From positions 53,258,001 through 53,322,000 of the forward strand of contig OX597829.1 of NCBI GenBank assembly GCA_951406725.2: a stretch of 64,000 nucleotides of DNA, written 5' to 3'. The notes under the pieces are model-generated. The model ran no database searches. It saw nothing but the letters and a program-made list of their open reading frames with translations, and was not told the origin of the DNA. Shown one piece after another: positions 53,830 through 64,000 of the stretch; positions within the stretch are counted from its first letter, which is position 1, and each line of letters begins with the position of its first letter. Made by a program: the position numbers and the translations under genes. This stretch comes from Octopus vulgaris (lineage: Eukaryota).

Positions 53830-56471
53830 GTACAATTACCACATCAAAGACATGTATCACATTATAGCAGATTTGAGAAAAAGTTTGGGAAAAAAATGAG
53901 TTTCATTGGGAAAATAGATCCTCATAGGCGTATATGGCATGTGTGTGCATATATGGGTACAGGATGTCATCAACAGTAAACAACATGAAATATGAAAAGA
54001 AATTAGTTAAAACGCAAACATTGAGAGAAAAAATGGAAGACAGGACAAGTAACACTCACAAAGACCCTTCATCAGTTGTTGGCTGTCAATCTACTCCTCA
54101 TGTCAAACATTGAACAACAGTATGAGTCTTCAAAAACAGTTGCTCCCATAAATACCAAAATAAAATTTTGGATTTATGGGGGATCAAAGTTGGGAACAAA
54201 AACAGGATAGTGGAGACATACAGGGAAACCAAACATATGTGTATATATATCATCATCATCATCATCATCATTATTTAACATCTGTTTTCCATGCCAGCAT
54301 GGGTTGGACAGTTCGACCAAGGTCTGAGAAACCAGGAGGCTGCACCAGGCTCCAGTCTGATCTGGCAGTGTTTCTACAGCTGGATGCCCTTCCTAATGCC
54401 AACCACTCTGTGAGTGTAGTAGGTGCTTTTTACGTGCCACCAGCACAGGAGCCAGAGGAGGCTGGCAACTCCACAATCAGCTGGTGATTTTTACGTGCCA
54501 CCGGCATGGATGCCAGTCAAGGCAGCGCTGGCATAGGCCACATTCGGATGGTGTTTTTTACGTGCCACCGGCATGGGTGTCACAACTACAATTTCCATTT
54601 GATTTTTATTTTGATGTTGATGTACTTGACTCAATAGGTCTCCTTATGCACAGCAGGTTGCCCTATGATCCAAGGTAAGCACAGCAGGCCATCCTGCGAG
54701 CCATGAACTCACTTCATTTGTTGGGTCCTCGCAGTCACAGCATACCTCCAAAGGTCTCACTCTTTCGTCATATATATATACACCGTAAATCCTCAAGTAT
54801 AGTCTGCCCTTGAGTATAATACGCACGGAATTTTTAGAGGGTTGTACCTCTGAAAAATGAAGATCTCAGATCTCAGCTAACTCACTTGGAACAATGTACA
54901 TATCCAAATATTCAAACTTCATTCCAGACTGAGAATGTAAAATCAAATAATGTAAGGTGTCACTTTAACATCTTGATAATTCAAAATATTCACAGATATT
55001 GTCGCAAAATTTACCACTGCTAGGTAATTAGCAGGCACAGTAATTAAACATTACTAAACTCATACATAAAACTACAGTTTCACATTTTATACAGACTAAA
55101 TGAAACTTTGGCTCAAATAGCCTTGAGATCAACTTTGACAAATTAGCATGATGTCTTGAAACTCAAGTTATGAGATATGAAAAATGAAAGTGGCTTTCCT
55201 TAGCAGCAAGAAGCTCCAATTCAATTATTTTCTTACATTTAAGAAAAAAAAAGGTATCTAATGGTGATGAATTAGCATCAGCACTTGTCTTGTGCCTTTG
55301 AAATTTCAAATGGTCTTTAGTAGCCAACCTGCTTCCATGTGTCACAAACAGTACTACTAATAAATTATCACATTTTTACCTTATCCACACAAAATAAAGA
55401 GGAATACGAAGTATGTAACCCTATTGGTTTAGTGACTGGCATATAAAACTGGGAAGTGTGAAACCCAAGACAAATTTATAGTCAAAAACATTGCAAGAAA
55501 AACAGAAATGAAATAAGAAGATTGAATTGTTTATTCATGAGGCAATGAAAACAATTCAATCCTAGAATTCATGTTTATGAATGTGCACAGCAGAATAATG
55601 TGAGCACTCGCAAGAGACAAGGTCTATGTTCCCAGAAATGAGAGAGAGAGAAAGAGAGAATTTCTTTATTCACCATAAGGTTGAGAAAAAGAGGGGACAG
55701 ACAAAACAAACATTGGGGTCAGGGTATCAAATGAGACAAAACGTATGAATAAACAAACAATTAAAATATATACAATTAAATGAGAATGAGTGATTAACAA
55801 AAAATGAAGCGGAGGACGCGGTTGACCCCACAAACCACATACTCACACTGAAGACTTTGCTTTGAGAGAATTGACTTAGGTTGTCAAAAAGCCAGCAGTT
55901 AGCTGTGGCTGTCTAAGTTTAATTAGACCAGAGTAATAGATAAAACAAAGATAAAGAGTAAGAAAAAGGTGACAAAAAGTTGACAACAGCAGACTTGTAT
56001 GCACAGAGTGTCTACCAGTTTTGGTGAATTATCTGTGGCACAAGTTCAGTTGTACAAGCTCAGCAGTGTCTTTCCATTCGCCATGGAAATGGTGTCTTAT
56101 ATAAAGCAAACAGCTATTTATGTGTGAATTGGTCAGAGTTCAGAGAAGCAGAGGGCTTATATTCAGGTTCTGACCAGGTTCTTACTACAGGTGTTTCATA
56201 TATATACCTAGAGAGAATCAAAAGTTTATACTCTTTCAGTCTTGCCATTGTGAACCCTTTAGCATTTAAACTGGCCGTGTAATGCATGATTAATTGTGAA
56301 AAAAACGTAAATAAATATGCATTATATTTGATAGAGTAATTAGAATGATAAAGATTTAAAATGATTAAAAAAAATAACCAACAAAATTTTAAACTGGTTG
56401 AGCACCGGAGCAGCATGGCTAAATCAAGACAGTCTTACACAAACACAAAAGCAAAGACACATGCACACACG

Positions 56472-56514
<43 letters not shown>

Positions 56515-57059
56515 TTGAATAGTAGTGGTAAACATTATTTTACATTTTTTTTTTAATGCTGATATCTGCCAAATTCATAAATTCCACTTTCTGCATCACA
56601 ACGAAAGACTACCATAACATATATGTGTGTGTGTGTGTCATTATTCAATTTATTTCAAGATTTTGCCAACAGAGAAGGAACCCGTTTCTAACTAAGATCC
56701 AAGGCTCCTTCATTGGAATTTCATCATCAAAAGCATGGGGTTTTTTTTTGTTTCTTTCTTTCTTTCTTTCTTTGTACGTATATATGTATGTATGTATGCA
56801 TACATGCATGCATGTATGTATGTGTAGATTTGTATGTTTTATGTATGTATTCTCGTGCATATAGTTGCATATCTAGACATGCTCATATGTATTTAAATGA
56901 TAAACTTCTGGAAAGTTTTACAGATTTATGCATGTATGTATGTTCTATTTTTTAATTATTATAAATCTTCCACTGAGGAGGGAGCCAGTTTCCAACAAAG
57001 ATACAAGGCCCCCATCTTTGGAATGTAGTTAACACAGACAAATTCACATTGCTGTTTAC

Positions 57060-57465
57060 TGTTTTACTTGTTTCAGTCATTTGACTGCGGCCATGCTGGA
57101 GCACCGCCTTTAGTCGAGCAAATCAACCCCGGGACTTATTCTTTGTAAGCCCAGTACTTACTCTATCGGTCTCTTTTGCTGAACCGCTAAGTGACGGGGA
57201 CGTAAACACACCAGCATCGGTTGTCAAGCAATGCTAGGGGGACAAACACAGACACACAAACACATACACACACACACATATATATAAATATATACATATA
57301 TATGACAGGCTTCTTTCAGTTTCCGTCTACAAAATCCACTCACAAGTCTTTGGTCGGCCCGAGGCTATAGTAGAAGACACTTGCCCAAAATGCCATGCAG
57401 TGGGACTGAACCCGGAACCATGTGGTTGGTAAGCAAGCTACTTGCCACACAGCCACTCCTGCGCA
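57060..57465 (-). mobile_element. tRNA-derived SINE family A (young, full length)
   Basis: CpG-intact copy with A/B boxes. Confidence 0.87.
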
Positions 57466-57849
57466 CGTTCACTATATTTTTTCATGCTTTATTTAACAAT
57501 CTACCAATCAACCAACATTCATATTGTTTATTATAATTACCATAATTATTAAGGCAGTGAACTGGCAGAATCAACATTAACGGGTCCGATAAAATGCTAA
57601 GCAGCATATTTTGTGGCCCTTTACATTTTGACGTCAAAACACCAACAGATATCAATATTACCTTTCATCCTTTCACAGTCGATAAAATAAAAACCTGTAG
57701 AGCACTAGGGTAATCAACTGGCCTCCTGCCCCTCAATTTCAGGCCTTGTGCCTATTCTGGTAAGAATTGTTAGTAATATGTATATACATGTGTATGTATA
57801 TATATAAACTGACATCATCATCACTTTAAGATCAACATATATATAAGTG

Positions 57850-57885
<36 letters not shown>

Positions 57886-58084
57886 TGTATGTATATATTT
57901 ATATATATATATATAAATCATTAGAAGAATCAATTTATTAGACGGAGTCCAAAAAGTCGTCAAATAAATGGAACAGGTTGGAAACCTAGGGAATAATGCC
58001 CTAAACAGAAGAAATATTTTTATCCCAAAAAATATATATATAATATATACATATACATATATGTGGTGGGGGGTGTATACATAT

Positions 58085-58262
58085 ATAGGGAGAATTCACG
58101 AAAAAAACAAAAAACGAAGACAGGTGGTGTAGACAATGCTCGGGAATTGAAAAAGTCTTTAACGTTTCGAGCCTACGCTCTTCTACAGAAAGGAACACAG
58201 AAAGAAACAAGGAGAGAAAAAATGTGTGTGGTGGGTACCGAACTATCATGGTGAATGCCAAA
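58085..58262 (-). mobile_element. Penelope-like solo pLTR fragment
   Basis: Inverted match to 19300-19500 (ctacaccacctgtcttc..gtgaattctccctata). Confidence 0.65.
58157..58192 (-). ncRNA. Hammerhead-like motif with variant core (Penelope pLTR)
   Basis: cttt-CTGTAGA-agagcgtaggctc-GAAA-cg-TT-aaag. A decayed copy lies at ~19365-19405, downstream of the GIY-YIG remnant. Confidence 0.45.
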
Positions 58263-58959
58263 CATATATATATAAACTTACATTATCATGCCATCATCAT
58301 TTTAACATCAGCGTGTGTATGTAAATTACATTTAATTCATTAATAGCGAAACAATTGTCCCAAAATAATCTGTATTTTTGTTATTTTTTATTTGCCCTGT
58401 TCGTGTGAGCTAACAATCGTACTGACTTTCATGGGAAACATATATTTTTGTGGTTGAAACCTTTTGGATTAACTAGTGCTAGAGTGAGCCATATAGTGAC
58501 CACTCTCTTATATTTATTTTTATATATATATATATATATATACTAGCAACTAAGCCCAGTTTCACTTGGTCACTTTGGATGATGTGGCTGTAAAACCTGC
58601 TCTGTGTAAGCATTCAACTTGTTTGGGCATGTTTATGTTAAAAAATAATTTTAGAATGACTTTTTTCTGTCAAAACGCTAAAAATAACTGACCAACAACA
58701 AAAAAAAGCAACCAAGATTCAACCTAATCAAAAAATAAACCCAAATACTAAGCGAACAAAGATGAACCATTCCACTTCCATTGCACACTGGTGCTGGTGG
58801 CACCACTCTGCAAAGTGGCTGACTTTCGGAAGGACATCCAGCAGTAAGAACCTTACCTAAGCAGACAATAGAGTCTGGTGCAGCAGTTCTTTGGTTTGCC
58901 AGCCCCTATCGAACATTCCAGCCTTTGGCAGAATGGAAAAATGGATGCTAAATTATAAT

Positions 58960-59880
58960 ACATGCATGCATGTATGTATGTATGTATGTATGTATGTATG
59001 TATGTATGTATGTATGTATGTATGTATGTATGTATGTATGTATGTATGTATGTATGTATGTATGTATGTATGTACGTACGTATGTATGTATGTATGTATA
59101 CATGTATGTATGCATGTACGTACGTATGTATGTATGTATGTATGTATGAATGTATGTATGCATGTACGTACGTATGTATGTATGTATGTATGTATACATG
59201 TATGTATGCATGTACGTACGTATGTATGTATGTATGTATGTATGTATGTATGTATGTATGTATGTATGTATGTATGTATGTATGTATGTATGTATGTATG
59301 TATGTATGTATGTATGTATGTATGTATGTATGTATGTATGTATGTATGTATGTATGTATGTATGTATGTATGTATGTATGTATGTATGTATGTATGTATG
59401 TATGTATGTATGTATGTATGTATGTATGTATGTATGTATGTATGTATGTATGTATGTATGTATGTATGTATGTATGTATGTGTGTATGTATGTATGTGTG
59501 TATGTATGTATGTATGTATGTATGTATGTACGTACGTATGTATATATGTATGTATGCATGCATGCATGTACGTATGTATGTACGTATGTATGTATGTATG
59601 TTTGTATGTATGTATGTATGTATGTATGTATGTATGTATGTATGTATGTATGTATGTACGTACGTACGTACGTACGTATGTAGGTACGTACGTACGTATG
59701 TATGCAGTATGTATGTATATAATGTATCTATGTATGTACGCAGTATGTATGCATGCATGTGTGTATGTATGTGTGTACGCAGTGTGTGTATGTATGTATA
59801 TATGTATGTGTGTATGTATGTATATGTGTATGTATGCATGTGTGTGTATATGTGCATGTACGCGCGCGCGTGTGTGTGAG
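58960..59880. repeat. ~900-bp (TATG)n microsatellite
   Basis: Direct reading; source of the spurious 300+ aa ORFs. Confidence 0.98.
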
Positions 59881-60077
59881 TCTAAGCATGTATGTATAGG
59901 TACAGACGTGGCTGTGTGGTATAAAGATTGTTTCATAACCACAAGATCCCGGGTCCGTTCCTACAGGGTTACATCTTGGGTAAGTGTCTTCAACTAAATA
60001 AAGCCCCAGACCGATGGACGCCTTGGGAGTAGATTTGATTGACGGAAACTGAAAGAAGCCTTTGACAGAAACTGAGA

Positions 60078-60310
60078 GGCGGCAAGCTGGCAGAAACGTT
60101 AGCGCGCCGGGCGAAATGCTTAGCGGATTTCGTCTGCTGTTACGTTCTGAGTTCAAATTCCGCCGAGGTCGACTTTGCCTTTCATCCTTTCGGGGACGAT
60201 TAAATAAAGTGCTAGTTTCGCACTGGGGTCGATGTAATCGACCTAATCCCTTTGTCAGTCCTTGTTTGTCCCTTCTATGTTTAGCCCCTTGTCGGCAATG
60301 AAGAAATAAG
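60078..60310 (+). mobile_element. SINE family B inserted in a family A SINE
   Basis: agctggcagaa..gagttcaaattcc..ctttgcctttcatcctttcgggg with flanking duplication agaaactga. Other copies at ~22480, 28055, 29720, 37060, 46005 and 57550. Confidence 0.8.
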
Positions 60311-60623
60311 AAACTGAAAGAAGCCCGTTGCTCATGTAAGTAAGTACGTATGTAGTGCCGTCTTTAGGCACGGGCATACTGAGCAGTTTCCCACGGGCTT
60401 CACGGGTCTAGAAAGGCAACGGAGATCTATATACTGTGGCTTGTAAAAAAAATAAGATAAGGCCCAGCGCACTGATTTGCCCGGGGACCTAGGGACATGT
60501 ATGTATAATGATAATAATGAAATTATTGTATACAGTGCTGAGGTGCACCACAACTTGTCAAAAGTATGTATGTATGCATGTGTGTGTGTGTGTGTGTATG
60601 TATTATATGCGCGCGTGCGCGCG

Positions 60624-60673
<50 letters not shown>

Positions 60674-60965
60674 TGTGCGCGCGTGTGTGTGTGTGTGTTC
60701 GTATCGCCTTCTCTTGACAGACATCGCGTGATTTGTGAAATGATTGTCAACAGCGATACGAGCAGTGTCATTTATTTCCAATATTCCAAAGCCTGGCGTG
60801 AAGAAATATCACTTTTGCCTGGAAACAGGTGAGGGTTGGCAACAGGACGGAATCCAGCCGCAGAAAAATCTGCATCAATAGACTCCGTCCGAACCATGCA
60901 AGCATGAAAAACTGGACGTTAAAGTAATAATAATAATGTTGACGATAAAATATATTATACAGATA

Positions 60966-61292
<327 letters not shown>

Positions 61293-61299
61293 GCATGTA

Positions 61300-63400
61300 A
61301 AATGTGTGCAATTTTGTTGTGAATGTTTGTGTTGTTCTTTTAATCGCTTGTCAGCCCCGATCGAGCTGACCCATGATCGAAGCCTGGCAACGACCATCTC
61401 GTCGGTATAATCTAGGACCACAGCAACCCCCACATAAATAATTCAAAATAAGAGGCGTTGCTAAAACCGACTGGATCCGCACTTGGTCCCTTACACGTCC
61501 TAAGGCAACGAAACACAAAACCTAGTCAGTTCACCGATGACTGTGAAGATAAAACGACAACCTAAGCATACAAGAATTAATGTGCATGTATATATATTTG
61601 ACGATGCGTTGTTTCAGGTCAACTTCACTGGGAAATGAAAAAATCTTCATAATTTAGAATAAGGAAAATGAATATTAAATAGACGACCGACCCAAGTCCT
61701 CAGATTTGAAAATAAAGGCTATTATCGGTTAATGGACCTCAGTATATGACTGATACATATTCCATCAATCGAAGGGGGTCGGAAAACAAAGCAGAAATAC
61801 TCAAGTCTTGTATAAATACTGTAATGATTCTGCCATATAGGAAAGCAGACATCACATTTTGATTTGATTTCAAACCATGATGCCACAGGTTGCTCCGCCC
61901 CTTTCCCGGCGTGGAGAAATTTAAATGGATAACTTGAGTATAGTGGGGACTGTTGGAACGATCATACTCGTATCTCTTCGACGAGCTTCTTCCTTATCAC
62001 TAGAGCTGCTAGAAATAGCAGCCAAATCTCACTCAGATCACATCCTACGATCTTATATAAAGATACATTGGATAATGTAGTCCTACACAGTCTGAAAAAA
62101 GACTCGATTGTCATGTTTCGAATGCCTTTAATTAGGAATCTGCTTGAATAAGGTTGATCTAGGGATAAGCAGCATTAAAATAGCCTTCTGGATATTTATA
62201 TGTCAAACTACAACTATGGCATATCCTGTGCTACAAGTATGACGTTCTTTGTTACAAATGATCGCAAATGAACAATGCTTTAAATATATACACAGATAAA
62301 GACAGTTTATTTTTTTAAAACAAATATACAGAAAATCGCTGCATAAACAATGCTGATTTATAATAAAAAAAAAAGAAGGTGTACCTACTTGTACTTTCTC
62401 CAGACATCTTGAAATGTGTAAACAGATGGGAAGATTGTCTTGGAAGAACAGTTACCTCCCTTGATAGCAGACACTCCTGCAACCTGACGAACTTTGCTCT
62501 TTAATTTGATGCTAAGGTCAAAGTTCACGATCACTTGAGTCCCGGACTCGATTTCGGTTCTCTGTTGAAATGATTTTTATTGATATCCAAAATGATATTA
62601 AAATAATTTTCTTTTTTTTAAATCATGAACTTAATAATCACATTTTTCAGACATCATACACTACTACTATGTTAGAAATCACTGTTTTTGCTACATTCAT
62701 AATTTTATCAAGTCCAAATTTGGCATTGGGTTTCCAGCCACTTCCGGTGAATTTCAAGGAGTTTGGAAGCATCGCAGAGTCTACGTGACGGGTGGAAAAT
62801 ACAGGGGTACCAAAAGCCCTTCAACGACAGCAGTCGTTATTTCCAGATGTCAACTTTCGTAATTAGTGTTACAATTTTAATGATACAATACTCGAAATGC
62901 AAACAAAACTGTAATTTGTTTGACTGGGGAAAATTTTTAGCTGGAGCTCCGAAGAGCTTTTGGTAAAATACTTTCAGTGATTTCGGAATTCTACAAATGT
63001 TTGTTCCGAGGTGACTATAGGCATAACTACAAATATTTCTCCCCACTGAATTTGTTGCTTCGTAATTTCCAGAAAAATGGATACTTTTTAACGAAACTTT
63101 AAACAAATAATCGCTCAGATCCTGTAGATTGAATGTATCTAAAGATTTGTTGGAAATTTTTTTTCCCGAGGGGTTGGGATGAGGAGTTTCGGAAAATTCA
63201 CACCACCCGACATTTTTTCCCTCGTAACTTTCGGGAAAATGGGTATATTTTTATGAAATTTTATCCAAATACCTTTCAAACGGTTTAGATTACGATTACA
63301 AAGAAATTTGTTAGCAAAATTATTTAGAAAGGGGCGGAGGAGGAGTTTCTGATAAACAGTTTCGGATCAGGCGGCCCACATAAGTTAGAATTTCTCCATT
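61300..63400. promoter_or_regulatory. CpG-enriched, putative SIRT2 promoter/5' region
   Basis: Visibly higher CpG density than the introns, surrounding the candidate start exon. Confidence 0.35.
62389..62407 (-). CDS. SIRT2: SIRT2 putative first coding exon (MSGEST+1 nt)
   Basis: aagATGTCTGGAGAAAGTACAA|gtaggt in a CpG-richer region. The phase-1 donor fits both downstream exons. Too short to prove. Confidence 0.5.
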
Positions 63401-63883
63401 TTGACCAGGATTTTTTCAATTATTTTTTTATTGGCAGTTTTCGGATGATGGATAATGTAGTCCTACACAGTCTGAAATTAAAATTATTTTAATATCATTT
63501 TCGCGAAAAATAGAAAAAAATTTTGAAAAAAAATTTTTTTTCACTCTCACCAACCCATATTTGGGCCAATTTTTTTTCCACTGTGCACTTAAAACCCATA
63601 AGGGAAACATTTTCGATTTTTAAAAAATTGCTAATAATTTCAGAAGAAAATGTGTAATTTAAGGGACATCTGGCTGTTATTTCTAGCACATCCCAAGACC
63701 TCCCTCCTACTTTCTTTCTCACTCACATCTATTGACGTTTTTCAATATTTTTCTTCCCATAAACACATTTTATGGAATGATGATGCGAAAGTAACACACG
63801 TGTAGAGCATTGCTGGGATATAAGCAAAGTGAAAAAAAGAATGGTAATTTAAATTTTTACTCGCACCCCAACCAAGCGAGGCC

Positions 63884-63914
<31 letters not shown>

Positions 63915-64000
63915 TGTAAGAAAACATTTTCTAACAGAAAATTATGCTATCAAAATAAATCATCATGGCTCTTTTACATACCTGTTATTAAAATCATTCT

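Noticed and set aside
57395-57465. tRNA gene
   Set aside because: The A/B boxes belong to SINE heads; there is no complete cloverleaf.
57915-58000. Decayed hammerhead-like GAAACCTAGG motif
   Set aside because: The CUGA core and UH site are mutated; at most a relic.
58853-59997. Long ORFs of 200-368 aa
   Set aside because: They are translations of the (TATG)n microsatellite; the same applies to ORFs over the ATAC, AT, CA, CT and GGT tracts elsewhere.

Overview
Eukaryotic, very AT- and microsatellite-rich genomic DNA. The SINE/LINE repertoire resembles coleoid cephalopod (Octopus-like) genomes; this is recognised from memory, not from a search. One protein-coding gene is supported: a minus-strand SIRT2 (class I sirtuin) ortholog. 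Eleven confidently assembled coding exons run from 40323 down to a TAA at 13519, all with GT-AG boundaries and consistent phases, and two tentative 5' exons lie at 62389-62407 and 47196-47239. The rest is a dense patchwork of decayed transposons: tRNA-derived SINE families, CR1/L2, RTE and R4/Dong LINE fossils, Penelope-like remnants, Tc1/mariner fossils, hAT and piggyBac-like MITEs, non-autonomous Helitrons and long simple repeats. Most ORFs in the supplied track are microsatellite artefacts. The most notable hidden signal is a set of minimal type-I hammerhead ribozyme motifs in SIRT2 introns, several on the pre-mRNA strand. Also notable are inverted SINEs bracketing a five-exon block (circRNA/ADAR candidate), an inverted repeat just past the 3' UTR, and a tandem array of Pol III B-boxes.
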